The notes beneath the pieces were generated by a model. The model had not been told where the DNA came from. It searched no databases and saw only the letters and a program-made list of their open reading frames with translations. From positions 45,076,001 through 45,140,000 of the forward strand of contig NC_087251.1 of the NCBI RefSeq assembly GCF_037042905.1: a stretch of DNA of 64,000 bases. The letters run 5' to 3'. A program made the translations under genes and the position numbers. Positions 39,069 through 53,062 of this stretch are shown here, one piece after another. The stretch's first letter is position 1. The number at the start of each line of letters is the position of its first letter. The DNA is from Lytechinus pictus (taxonomy: Eukaryota).

Positions 39069-41580
39069 GTGGTGATGAAGTGATGTGGGTCTACATACAT
39101 GGTGATGATGAAGGTTATATGCGGCTGTAAGGAGTACGAGTGTTGGTGGTGAAGGAGATGTTATATAATGATAATTGATGTTGTCATGGAAGTGGTATAG
39201 CAGTAAAATAATGTGTGCATAAATAGGAGATAATAACTCTTGATCTTATTTAATTGATAAGAAATGATGCAACCTTAATGCCTTGTTCCGTTACGATCCG
39301 TTACGAGTAACATTTCCGTAGCTGATCGCGATTTTGTTTTCTTTTCTATACAATCACGATTGTCAGGACTGACCTTCAAGATCCGAAACGATCTGACACG
39401 ATTACTCTACGATTTAGACCACTGTAGAAATAAGGTTTCAGGTCGTTATGGTCCGCTATAACTATAGTCCTATATACAATTCTTACCGTTACTCGATAAA
39501 ATAAATATTAAACAAACAAATCTTCAAAATTATGCGTATCAAGGAAGGAGTAATAATGTATTTTTCCGTCATCACAAACATTCTGAAGTTTCCGATCATC
39601 GTCATTCGTCACTCCATTATTTACAAGAAAAATGAGAAAAGGGAAATACGTGTAGGCCTATATACATGATATTGGGCCTGCCGCCTTTTCACCGTTTAAT
39701 AAATTATCACGAAGATTGTTCGAATATCCTGTTTTCATTATCCGATCCTTAAATAGTATATCTTTCCTGTTGATATTGAGCTACGACTTGTTTCCCCGGA
39801 TAAGACGGGTTGATTAGCATACATTTAAGCAATTTTTCATTTTTTTAATCAAAATAAAATAGTTTAAATCGCCCATTGATAAAATCACTAAATTGGCCAT
39901 GTGCCCGTTTCTTCGAATACAAAACCGGTTGAATTGAATATTTCCCGATTTGAAATTCAATTGACAAGCACGAGAGAAGGCGCATTTACATCTAAACGAG
40001 GGAACTTGACGTTTTGTTTTTATTTTGGGGGGTTTTGAGATGGATTCATTCATTAATTCCAAGAGATCTTCGGTCTCCTCAAATGGGCAGCTCTCGCTCT
40101 CTCGCCAATCGGGCAAAGATGAAATTAATTAGGGCTTGCGTATATACGCGGATCAATCTCTGTTAATTTTGTCTGGTAGAGAAGCAGCATGTGGACGGTT
40201 GTTGTATGACCATACAAGCACTGGCACGTAGTCTTGTTGACTAATTTCTGTTTGCTCTTGAAGATTCGAGAGCGTTGACCACTGCGCGGTATATAGCCAC
40301 TTCTGGTTCATCTCTTCAGCTCTTGTTCACTAATTCTTTAATATATATTATAAGACCTGCATAATTATTTCCGAGACTACAAATATTACATGAGGCCCTA
40401 AACTAAAATGACAGTATATAAGTTGTCTTTTATTTACTTATTTATTCACGTTTTGTTTTCACAGGGTAGCCCTTTTAGTTAACAAACTTATTTACAAAGG
40501 GGTCCTGCAACACTAAAAAAACACAAGATTGATATTACAGTATATACATAAAATAAAACCATCAACTTTTCTAAATGATTAAAAATCATTAAATGATTTC
40601 AATAAAATAACGAACACACATGCAAACGAGGGACGAAGCGACCGAATAAGACACGATAGTGTGCTTGCATTTGACGAATAAAGATTTTTATAATTATACG
40701 AGTCTAACCAAAGGTAATATTTTTCCTAGTCACGTCTCCCTTTTTAGAGTGGTGTTTAATTCTACTAAAATCTATTTAATGATGGTGATCTTAACAAATT
40801 ATCATTATCATAATTATATTCATATATAGACAATTTTTTGTACAGCATGGTGTAGTCCCTATTACAATAAAAATAGTAAAAGGGCAGGGAATAAAACTAG
40901 GAGTGAAATGGAATTAATAGACCCCCTCTCACACCCTTACACCATTTGGGAATTCTTAGATACCCCCACACCCTCCCTCTCCTCACTTTTCCTATGTAGG
41001 CCTACAGTTGGATTTCTCTCTTACCACCCCACCCCTCCCCCCATGTTCCCTTCACACTCGAGAGAAGTGTAATGAGAATAGCTCATCTCTAGCTACTAAT
41101 TTGGATTTTTAACTAATTTGTCAGATGTAAGGACCTAATCCATAATTATCCTGTTAATATTTGTTACTTTAATCTTACACTCATTCCGAATGCAATTAAT
41201 TAATGATGAGTGATGACCATACGATACACATGCATGTCTGTCCCCCGAAGTGCTCTGGGTGCAGAAACACAGGATCAGATACCCCCCCCCCCCCCCCCCG
41301 CACACACACACAAGCCCACCCCAAAAGACGCTGTTCTCGCTCTTACAAGCAGTGCTACCCCATGTACAAGTAAGTACATTCTTCTTTGACTTGTAAGATA
41401 TTTTTCAGCTCTTGCACCCCCATCTATTCCACACGGGCCCTTCTTCGTTTGCTCGTCTGAAAATTTTGTGTCCACTCTGGATGCGCCTGTGATGAAGTTT
41501 TATTGAACACGGTCGGATATAATTATGTTTCGACCCGTTTCCTTTTTATATTTCTGTTTATTTGTTCTTCTTCATTGCGT

Positions 41581-41593
41581 AGGTCAAAGGTCA
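41581..41593 (+). promoter_or_regulatory. Perfect DR1 nuclear-receptor motif AGGTCAAAGGTCA
   Basis: Exact consensus; function not shown and it may be repeat-derived. Confidence 0.3.
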
Positions 41594-42100
41594 TCCTCTT
41601 AATTTATTATTTTATTATTATTATTTATCATAAGCTCATAGAGCTTATGATGCTCCACTCATGTATATATATAATATGAATGATTATACTAATATGAATA
41701 TTATGTAATGTTGAAAATAATGTATATATATATATATATGAATAAAATCAAATCAAAATCAAACTTCGGCATATTCATGTAGATTAATAAACCCAAAACA
41801 GAATATTCTCGTCGCACTATCCAATACAGAGGTACATCTCATTATAATACTCTTCATCATCACATGAATTTATTGGAAAATATCGATGCATTAAAAAAAG
41901 GCCTTAAAAACATTTTTCCAGACTACTTGTAATTTTTAGTTCAGATCCCTCATTCTTATACTTTCTTACTTTGTTATCTTGTATATATATTGTAAACACG
42001 TTTTTTTTTTCTTACTTTTTCACATTTTGTCAACTTCTTTATCGTATGTCTAATAAGTTTTTTTCCTTTTCCTGTATTATATTTACATGTATATCTATGT

Positions 42101-42243
42101 AAGGGACCCCTCTGTAAAACAGCGTTGATAACTGAGTAGGGCAATCCCTCCGTCCTTTTAATGATAATTTCTTTGTAGTTGTAAATATATCTATCGTTGT
42201 TGTTATTTTTAATTGACGGAAAATAAATACAATACAATACAAT
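42101..42243 (+). mobile_element. Non-LTR retroelement 3' tail; inverted copies at 40462-40508 and 45169-45220
   Basis: AGGGACCCC..TGTAAA..AACT..GGG(C/T)A(A/T)CCCT-like motif occurs three times, each followed on its own strand by an A-rich or (ATACA)n tail. Confidence 0.5.
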
Positions 42244-43909
42244 GTCGTGTCAAGTCATGTGCATGATATAGGGGCCTATATGCCTTTTTGAACTTGGACG
42301 AAGTTATTTTTATATGCTTCATGAAACTCTCAGAATATTTTAAACAGGGCCTATATAGTTCAAAGAAGAAATGTTTTGGCGAAAAAATTATATTGAGTTA
42401 GGCCTACACAGACACCAGTATGATATTTAACACGCTTCCTGGCGGATAGGGGCAGGAGTGCATGTCAAGGGCGCGGGGGCTATATTTTTTCAAGTGATAC
42501 AAATTACTGAACAAAACAAGTCATACTGAAAGAAATCATGAAAAAGTGAGAAACCTGAGCATTATTGATTAAGGGGCATTGCGTCATCAAGATGATTTTT
42601 TTTCTCTCAATAAACAATTATTTTTGTTTTCCAATTTTCTGCGGGAGAACAGATACATTCATTCTTCTCTAAACCCTAGAATATATCTATTATCCCCCCG
42701 CTGCGCTTACAGTAACATTATAAATCTACAAAAGCCTTATCAGGTGCATAAACGACATATACAAGCCATTTTCCCTATAAATCCATTGGATTTCTGCGAC
42801 ATGCGCTGGAAGGAGAAATTATGCCCCTTTTGTAATTTATTTTTAAAAAATAGCACTGTTTAACTGCCCTATTTGATCTTCATAATTATTACCTGTATTA
42901 TGGCTATCAGCACACGATTCCGCTCGGTCGCTCCGCTCGCACGCCACTGTCGCTAATCGTATTCCATATTCCTGGATACGCAACTGTTAACTGTCCTGAA
43001 TCTTCAGGCGAGGAGGAAGATTTCATAAGGCATATAAAGATGAATAAATATTTATTCGTCCTTTGAATAATTATTTTCACTGGCGATGTGTAAGATGTTG
43101 ATGGATTTTTAACCAATTGACTTCAAAGTGTAGACAAGTTTGTGACAATATCTGACAGATATCCTACATTATCTAAAACAAATTCGACTGTATTGTGATA
43201 CTTTGATATCTAATTTATAAATATGGGTATCATTTGTTATGTATTTGCATTTAGCTCCTTGTCTGACGAGGAAAGTAAAGTGCATTGACATATCTCACTT
43301 AAAGGGAAATGTATTTTGCATTAAAAAGTCAGAGTAGTGCTTTTATGTCAACGCTTTCTTGACACTACTGGAATCAGATGGAAACGGGGTTGCGGAAGGA
43401 ACTTAAAATAAAAGCGGTTTAGGTGAAGGGGGGTCCAGAAATATGAAAAAGACGACTAGCTTGAGAGATAAATAGGCTACACACATGATAATGGAATGAA
43501 CTACGAAGAAAAGGATGTTGAATTTTGAGAAATAGTTGTTCCTCCGTGGCGATGGTGTGTACTTAGTCTAAATCGTGACTGCTCATAAGACGCCGTGCAC
43601 GCAGTCAAACAGGACAACCTACCGACAAAATCCATTGGAAATACGTGTGCATCTGCTAGAAGATGGCAAGCGCTGCGGTGTGCGCAACAAGCGCTGATGT
43701 GACATCACGTACTTAGCTGATGGCACATGCACTTGAGTTGCTCCGAGAAGTCGAGATGGTTACGTTAAAATCTATGACGTCAAAGTCAATAGAATACGAC
43801 AAATATGAATACTACTACCAGCATATGGTGTTTCATCATACATTATTTGTAAGAATGGGAAATATGGGATGTGTTTTTATTTTGCTTTTAACACTGGTAT
43901 CTAAAATGA

Positions 43910-44035
43910 ATTATAAATATATATATATAGAGAGAGAGAGAGAACAATAATAATGATGATAGTAATAATAACAAATAATGATAATAATAATGATGATGAT
44001 AATGATAATAATGATGATAATATAATTATCATTAT
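43910..44035. repeat. (TA)n(GA)n(AAT/GAT)n compound microsatellite
   Basis: Direct reading. Confidence 0.85.
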
Positions 44036-44623
44036 TAACACTTATATACAGCATGTACGTAATGTAAGAAAACAAACAAAAGAAGTCAATATTAAAAAAA
44101 AAACACCCTACTATTTCCAATAACAATGTTTTTCATAAATTGTATAACTGAAAAGAAAAGGAGGTTAAAAAAATATAAACATCTCGAGGTATTATAAACT
44201 ATTGATAAAACTAAAGATTGCATGGGAAATGTTGGGATTTTTTTTGCCCCAGATTAAATACGACCTCTTGTGTCGGTGGCGCAACCCCTGAGGGAAAAAA
44301 TCGTGGCGCCCTGGACCCTGCTCTTTCGAATGTATACAGGTTTGTGGAAAACATGCAGTTCCATGACAATTGCTCCGGCGACAATTGCTCCGCTGTCAAT
44401 TCCACAATTCCAAGGTGCATGTCATATGCCTACATGAGTCGATGTAGTACGTAGAATCGTAACTGTCAAAGATCTACAATCTTACATGCACAATCATTTA
44501 AAATTTCCTTTTTTTTTAAATACAGTTTATCGATTGCAAACTCAAAGTCACAAGACTTTTTTTATCTCACAAGAGTTGATTTTGTCACAGCTATGTCTGT
44601 GCGTATAATAAGTTTGCATTCTG

Positions 44624-44900
44624 AGGTCCGTCTTATATAGAGTTACGATTGATCCGATCAACCTCAACTCTATGAAAATCCATCAGTGTCATAAATTTTT
44701 CTACAAGAAATTTGCCCAATGTCCTTTGTAAACAGTGAGAAGCACACTGAATTTTCAACAACAAAAAAATAATGGACGTATGAATACACATCATATCTAG
44801 AAAACATTTTGAACAAAAAGGCCTTTTAGATGTTGACATTGCTGGCTTTCCATAGTTGTGATTGATCGGATCAATCGCAACTCTTTGTAAGACAGGGCCC
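44624..44900. mobile_element. MITE with about 45-bp TIRs
   Basis: GTCTTATATAGAGTTACGATTGATCCGATCAA ... TTGATCGGATCAATCGCAACTCTTTGTAAGAC; 3-bp flanks CTG/TTG. Confidence 0.8.
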
Positions 44901-45462
44901 TTGTCTATTTCTGCATTCAAGCATTGGCCTAAAGTATGATGTAAGTACATAAACTGTGTAGAGTTTGTATTGATTTATTAAGCAAAAGGATTAAGTGTCA
45001 TCTTTGTCTCCTTAACCACACTCGAATTTCAGTAGCCAAGACGTATATGTATTATGAGCATTATAATGATTTTTTTATAAAAAAAACATGACATCTTTCT
45101 TCTTCTTTTTTTTGATTGGCTTCCAAAACATTAACTTATGTTTATTTTTTTTTTCTAATTTTATACTGCAGGGTTGTCCTGTTCAGTTTTGAAAAACTGC
45201 TTTACAAAGGCGCCCCGCAGTTAAACACACTAATCATAAACTATTATTAACAATACATCGAGAGTGGATAAATTGGTAATCTAAAAAGTAGATACATGAA
45301 TAGCACTGTCAAAATGAAAGGCTTTGCATAGTTTTTTTTTTTTTTGGGGGGGGGGGATTTAATATAAACAGGCATGTACAAGTCTGAACATATACAGGGA
45401 GAACATTAAACAAACACCAGCTTCAACAAGAAAATCAGTCTGGTTTATATTTTTAACAACCA

Positions 45463-46394
45463 CAGGTGCGGATCTAGCTTTTTATCCAAGAGGGGGGGGG
45501 GGGGTTTACGAGAAATTTAACAAGCAAATTTAAAAAAAAGTTTTCACTACCAAAAGCAGGTCTTTTGGGTATAGAGAAATTTGAAAAGCACAAAATAGGG
45601 GTAGGTTCCAAAATTTGTTTTAAAGGGGAATCCAGCCTTGGCTATACAATGTTGTGTTGGGAAGGAGAAAAATAAATTAAACAGAATGGTGAAAGTTTGA
45701 AAGAAATCGGACAAGCAATAAGAAAGTTATAGCTGCTTTAAAATTGAGATCACTAATACTATGTAGATTTCAAATTGGCAACTGGGTAAGTAAATTATGA
45801 CAAGGGGCAAGGACAACTTTCCCATAGGCCATGTACTTTATTATGAGGGATTTGTGGTTTTCTCCTAAGTACCCATTCACCTGGGGCAGTAATCTAAATA
45901 TAACCCAGGTAGTATATTGTTTTATGTCCTCATGAAAGAAAAATATAATTTGAAATAAAACTTTTGGGAAAAATGACATATTAGCCATAGTGTGTATTGG
46001 AGTACATGGAAGAGTAGTCCTTGCCTTACATCACTATGACATCCCATATGCGGCCAATTTGAAAAATGACATTTTAGCCAAAATATGTATTGGAGTACAT
46101 GGAAGACTAGTCCTTGCCATACATCACTATGACATCCTATATGCGGCCAATTTGAAGTCTCCATGGGTATAGTGATTACCAATATTTACAACTTTTAAAA
46201 ATTCATAACTTTCTTGTTGTTTGTCCAATATTGTTCAAACTTTCACCTATCAACTTGTCTGATTTTTCTTTTCCTCATAAAAAACAATTTTTTTATTTGG
46301 GTTGGATTCCCCTTTAATTGGCAGCCCAAAGGGGAGGGGGTTACCCCATTCCAGTTCAGTGGGTTACCCCCCCCCCCCCGTAGATCCGTCACTG
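45463..46394. mobile_element. CAG..GGATC-terminal MITE interrupted by the family C element
   Basis: Termini CAGGTGCGGATCTA / TAGATCCGTCACTG, each next to a poly-G or poly-C run; internal similarity to 16343-16659. Confidence 0.7.
45624..46313. mobile_element. Kolobok-type MITE, family C, with an internal 2x93-bp duplication
   Basis: TTAA|AGGGGAATCCA...TGGATTCCCCT|TTAA; tandem units start at 45968 and 46061. Confidence 0.88.
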
Positions 46395-47039
46395 AACAAA
46401 ACAGCGTAAGAATGTGAGAGACATTTATTTCGAGAAAACTACACACGCCCTCACTCTCTGTTACACTGTTACAGCATTGAACTTGAATATGATTTGAAAA
46501 TTGGGAGGTCTGTTTAAATTTGCCATAAGACCCTACTGCTTTAAGAAGCATTTATATATATATATATAATATAAATATATATATATATATTACGATTATG
46601 ATATAGCATAATCTAATTGAATTTAAGTTAATTCAACTATAAAAGAGGTATATCTAAAATCATGGCAAACAGTCACGTATGCAAAATCATGGTTTGGACC
46701 ATGATAGAGGTCAAATTGCTTGTGAGGGATGACCCAATTACAAAAACGTAGTAGAAGTAGTAGAATAATAGTATTCGTCGTCGTTGTCGTTACCGTAATA
46801 GCAGTTTTTTTTTAGTTTAGGGAGAGTGACAACACTCATTTTCTTTCAATAATAAATACCGTATGTAAAAACATACAATTGTCATACATTTGGATATAGA
46901 TATACAAATATAATCATGAAACATAAAGATGAGATTTTTTTTAATAATGAAAGAAAAAGGTGTCCCAAATAGAAGTAGTAGTATTCGTCGTCGTTGTCGA
47001 AACCTTAATAGTAGTATTAGTGGTAGAAGTAGAAATATG

Positions 47040-47096
47040 AGGTGGTAGTATAGTAGTAGTAGTAGAAGTAGTAGCAGCAGCATCATGATCAGCAGC

Positions 47097-47141
<45 letters not shown>

Positions 47142-47443
47142 TGTAGTAGTAGTAGTAGCAGTAGTAGTTGTAGTAGTAGTAGTAGTAGTAGTAGCAGTAT
47201 TAGTAGTAATAGTAGTAGTAGTAGTAGTAGTAATAGTAGTAGAAGTGGTAGTAATAGTAGTAGTAGTAGTAGTAGGAGTAGGAGTAGTAATAGTAATAGT
47301 AGTAGTACAGTATTAGTAGTAGTAGCAGTAGTAGTAGTAGCAGTAGTAATAGTTATAGTAACAGTAGTAGTAGTAGTAGTATTAGTGGTAGTAGTATAGT
47401 GGTGGTGGTGGTGGTGGTAGTAGTAGTGGTAGTAGTAATAGTA

Positions 47444-47525
<82 letters not shown>

Positions 47526-47639
47526 TAGTAGAAGTAGTAGAGTATAGTAGTACTAGTAGTAGTAGTAGTAGTAGTAATAATAGTAATAGTAGTAGTACAG
47601 TAGTAGTAGTAGTAGCAGTAGTAATAATAGTAGTAGTAA

Positions 47640-47728
<89 letters not shown>

Positions 47729-47735
47729 ATGATAG
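47040..47735. repeat. (TAG)n microsatellite
   Basis: About 700 bp of TAG repeats with variants; explains the poly-Ser, poly-Val and poly-Leu ORFs. Confidence 0.97.
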
Positions 47736-48690
47736 TAAAAGAAAAAGAAGATAAGATATTAGTCGAGTCGCTAAGCGTTATCTACTACTATATACCACTA
47801 CTGCTACTACTTCTCCTGTCATAATAAGTACAACATTATAAATCATTTACGAAAGTTAGGCTTTCCTATAGCGACAAGATGATCAACGATGTTTAGCATA
47901 ATGTGACGTAATACTGTCACACACAATTACATGACAGACACTATCATTTTGTTTTCTTTAAGTCTGAACATCTTCCATTACATGGAAGCGAATGTAATAT
48001 GTTCTTCCTTTTCATAATTATCATTTTCCTGAGACTCACTAGAATATTATGTTCTGCTCAAAAACATAATCCGTACAATATAACTAAAACGAAAATAACT
48101 TAATACCATTTTTTCATAGTGAGACCTATATCGAACCCCAACGCGGCTATCTCCTTTTTATTTTATATATCATAACTTTTACTCTCGCCTCATATATTCT
48201 GCTAATCAATAATTAATAGAAATTGCTATTACATTAATAATTGGATTTTGTTTATATTACAGTTAAGTCCTTAAATATACGTGTAATCTATTCAATTATA
48301 CTCCATCCCGTACTTTACCCCAAAGCCATTTTTAAAAAGAATTTATTCATCAAAATTTTGATCGCAATAAGCAGATGATGGTAGGGAGCGGGGGGGGGGT
48401 CTGACTTTTGTGTACAAGTGCCAAATGAAATTATGTGGTAATAGAAATTGGCATATGATTTTCATATCAAAATATTGTAGTGAACTTCGTAAAAAGTCTA
48501 AAAGGTCACTGCTTCAGAATGATTTTTTTTAGATTTAAAATAGAAGTATGATTATGATTATTTTTTTCAAGACTAACAATAATTAGAATAAATATTAATT
48601 TTCAGACAACCCACATCGTCAGGTCTGAAAAACCTTCCACTTCTTATTTGAATTGCATCTATATGAGATGGATCTCATATAGAAATTTAA

Positions 48691-48975
48691 TGAATATTCA
48701 ATTCAATATACACGTAAATGTCACATGAATATTCAATTCAGTATAAATGCCACATGAATATTCAATTCAATAAACACGTAAATGCGACATGAATATTCAA
48801 TTCAGTATATAAATGCTACATGAATATTCAGTTCAATATAAGTGCCACATGAATATCCGAATCGATATACACGTAAATGCCACATGATGAATATTCAATT
48901 CAATATAAATGCCACATGAATATTCAATTCAGTATAAATGCAACCTGAATATTCAAATCAATAAAAATTCAACAT
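48691..48975. repeat. Minisatellite of nine 29-38 bp units, TGAATATTCAATTCA(A/G)TATA(CACGTA)AATGCCACA
   Basis: Nine units read directly; three long units carry CACGTA. Confidence 0.9.
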
Positions 48976-49349
48976 ACAATCATATTAAATTAACCAAACA
49001 ACCAAACCAAACTAATATCATGTTTACATAATAGAACAATTTAATCATGAGAGAAATCATGTATATAATAATAGACAGGTGCTTATGATTACTCATCACC
49101 AGGGTTGTCGATGTCGAAGTCAACGTCACTTCAACTAAACACTGTCTATGATATATCGCACAAAATATCCATGTTTTATCAGCATCGTGTGATGTCTGTA
49201 CATTCTCAAAGATTCGAAACTCCTGCTCCCCCGTAAATCTTCAGCTTTAGTTGAAACATTCATGTGAATATAAAATGACATGCTTATTGTTAAACAACAT
49301 TTAATTGGCTATGTATTTTAATCTCTTTATCTATCATAGTATTGAATTA

Positions 49350-49533
49350 TCTTTATATCTATTTATCTACCTTTATATCTGTCTATCTATCTATCTATCA
49401 ATCTATCTATCTATCTATCTACATGATCTATCTATCTATCTACATGATCTATCTATCTATCTACATGATCTATCCATCTATCTACATGATCTATCTATCT
49501 ATCTACATGATCTGTCTGTCTGTCTGTCTGTCT
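49350..49533. repeat. (ATCT)n with a 21-bp higher-order unit ending ACATG, then (GTCT)n
   Basis: Five CTACATGATCT interruptions at regular 21-bp spacing. Confidence 0.9.
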
Positions 49534-49535
49534 TT

Positions 49536-49785
49536 CATGGCCGTAGGCAGACATTATTCCAGGGAGGGCAAGACGCATACAAACTTTCGCAGATGCTCGA
49601 AAGCGAGAGAGCGAAGCGACCAAGCTTGACATGGAGGCACTTTTATATTGTCTAAAGTAAAATTGAAGGATTTCGTGCACAATTATGGTGAATTTTTTTA
49701 ACATTTTCGGTAAAAAATGCAAGTTTTCTCAATTTCGGGGACGGGGGAAGTCTCCCCCCCCCCCCCCCGCTGCGTACGGTCGGCC
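49536..49785. mobile_element. CA(T/G)GGCCGTA-terminal MITE
   Basis: CATGGCCGTA start, poly-C then TACGGTC end, internal GAGCGAAGCGA motif. Confidence 0.55.
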
Positions 49786-52700
49786 AACTGTCTATAGTTC
49801 TTTCTTTGTAGCTGGCTGTTAAATAACAAGAAGAATCGACTTTCTTGAAGAAGTGAATAAGGCTGCACTCAGACAAATATTGGTGTGGAAGTGTGCATGT
49901 GGTCCATTTATTTTTTTTTGTATTTCAAACCCATTCTGATTTTTCTTGCCCATTAGTTTATATAGAACATATAAAAAAGGAAAAATAAAAAAAAGTCATT
50001 GGATATAAGCCGTACACAAATTTCCACCGAATATTTTATATTTTTAAATTTATTGAGACAAATAATTAAGGTCTAAAAATACAGAAATGTTTGATAAATC
50101 CGTATAGTGTTGAATCCTCCATACTTTGAGATAGTCAAAAGACGGTTCCTTCAAGATGAAGACGTAGTTTATAATGTACTTGCAAAATAAAAGTTTTAAC
50201 ATAATTTGAGCCAAAAAATATATGAATCAATTAACACAATAATCTCTGTAATATCATAATTCTATTATCATTAACATTGTTATCATAATCATAATTTTTC
50301 AATAATTCATGATTATAAAATCATCATAATTATGATTACATTACCATTGTTTTATCTTTACTCTAATTATTATGACTACTATCATCATAATTATTATATT
50401 ATCCTCCCTATCAACATAAGTATCAGCATATTAATCACATTGCTCGCCATCATTATTACAATTAATTGAATTGTAGATGCTTATAATGTGGTAAAAATGT
50501 AAACAAACAACAATACCAGATCTCAAATGAAAAAACAACAAACTTTTATATTCATATATAAGCACTCATGACAATGTTAACGAGTCTGCTTACGATAAAA
50601 TCCAATATTTTACTTCCATGAATACATAATAGCAAATAATTTTCTTAATTGTGATTTTTATCGCAAAATATATCACATTATGTAATGTCAATGATTTCAT
50701 CATTATTATGAACTGCTACTTTAAAACCTGCTACTGTGTTTTTGAGAGAGAGAAATTATGGTCGTAAATTTAGAGCGGGTTTAAAGTCGTCTAGTGTTTT
50801 TCCAGTTGCTTTTCGATTACTGATTTATAACTCTGAACATTTGGGTGGAACTAGTTCTCCGATCAGCCCCAATAAATCAAGAATCATTTATATTTTCAAA
50901 TCAAAACCTCTTTCAAATAGTACTGAAAAACAATCTTAACTATATTATCCGATCAGATGAGTGTCAATGCGATTCTAGTAAAAATTACCGCAAACATATT
51001 AAGTCTATAATCATGATAATTCGACGAAATCATCGTATTCTACGGCTATCAGCATAGTTCTATAGCTAACATCAATGACGAGTATAATTATTCTAGCTAC
51101 ATTCTAAAAAAATCAAATTAATTCACTATACGAAGAGAGTAAACAAAATTCATTGAGAGAGAGTGAATTTCTTCCATTAAAAATATAAATAAATGTGTGT
51201 GAAACATTCGGGGTTTTTTTCCCAATAATTTTAGAAAGTATAAATGACCAGAATTACATATCACTATTTTCAGTTTTATCATTTAGAAATACAATCAAAT
51301 TAATTTTGTGTTCATGTGATTATTGTCGTCATACGTTCTCGCCTTCTCGGCAATACTGGACTATATTTCGGGGAGGGGGTATCCCAAAATTCTGCTGATG
51401 TTAATTAGAACAGTACGAGTCAGTAAAATATTATTTACTTTACTGTATAACATCAACATAAAAAATACAAGAACTACGTCACAGGTTTAGCAGGGGTGAC
51501 CGCCTAAATAAGTTTTGAAGTATATAGCAGAAAAATAGAAGAAAGGGAGATAAATGGAGATAAAGAGAATGAAGAAAGAAAAAAAAGAGAAGTTTGTGTC
51601 ATGTAACTATATTATGTTCCAATCGTTAACGTGAGGAAAATGAAGTTACCCTTATAGTTAATCTTGCCTCCCCTATCCAAAAAAGGGGGCATGCCGTCGC
51701 CCCTGTAAGAAACGTGATGTGCTCTCGAAAATAATAATCTGTCACATGACATACATTTCTGGATTTCAAACTGCCTGGAAGAAAGAGCGCAAATTCATAA
51801 AAATAATTCTGTGTAGCAAGACTTAATATATATAATAAATAAAAAATAGGATCATTTATGTCATTCTTATAGGGTGTTGAAAAATAGTGCGGTTCAATTT
51901 GTTTACATAGGATGTATATCATTTCCCTTAATATAATATTGAAAATATAAAGTTGGGCGTTCTCGAGATATAAAACAGATAATACGATTGTTTTGAATTA
52001 CTGTATTTCTTCTCATTATGGAATTCATGATATTTGAAAAAGGGGAAATGTGACTCAGAGAAGATTCATGATGATTTCGACTTCTACAGATGTGGAACTT
52101 TATCAGAAGGACGATCATAAACACAAAACCCTGAAGTATATTCTTTAAGACGATCATGCTGAGTAGTCTGACTGATTTTGAATCAACGGATATACGGATT
52201 GAACGGAAATATCATGTCTTATTCCGCCTGAGCCGAGTAGCTAAAATTCCACCCAGAAGTAAGGCGAGAACCCGTGCCTAATCGCCGATAGGTTTATACT
52301 TGCCGAGCGCTAATGAACCAAAATATCGTACTTTTCTTTAAAAATTGAGTTTTTAAAATAGTTGGATTACAACAAGAAACCTTTCTGTAATGAATCAATA
52401 ATCATTTCAACAAGCAATGAGGTCGTACATAGCCACCAGGTCCCCCCCCATAAAAAAATTAGTGAAAGCTCATTGCGTTCGATCTCACTCAATATCATAT
52501 TACTGGAATAAGGTTTTAAGAATCAAGAAAATTACAAGTAAAACATATTCGTGTACAGATCTGAACCCCGTGTCTATAGTGGTTTATCAAAACCCAGCGT
52601 TTTCATAAATTCATGCAAGATTGATGCCTTCTTTTGCAAAACTTTTGTCATTACAATGCGACTACGATAATATGGTTAATATAATTCATTTGCAAGTATT

Positions 52701-52899
52701 TATAGTGTTCTTTCTTATGATTACTTTAACAAAACCGCCACTTATGTTTGAACAATATAAAATGCATCCAACTTTATGTAATCTTTAGCCAATAGTGAGT
52801 AAACAATGGAAATTGAATGAATAAATGAAATGCACCGCAAAGGCAAATAGTATGAATTTGTATCCATATTTCACGTCGGTCTATATGTCTATAGAAAAC

Positions 52900-53006
52900 G
52901 GATGGTGATGATGATGATGATGAGGATGATGATATTGAGGAAGAAGATGATGATGATGATGATGATAATGACAATAATGATGATGATGACGATAATAATA
53001 ATAATA

Positions 53007-53062
<56 letters not shown>

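Noticed and set aside
46100..46111. TGGAAGACTAGT, matching the 5' end of miR-7
   Set aside because: The match stops after 12 nt, lies in a tandem unit inside a MITE, and has no precursor hairpin.
46817..47824. Poly-Ser, poly-Val and poly-Leu ORFs
   Set aside because: Translations of the (TAG)n microsatellite.
49305..49655. ORFs with LSIYLHD repeats
   Set aside because: Translations of the (ATCT)n-derived 21-bp repeat.
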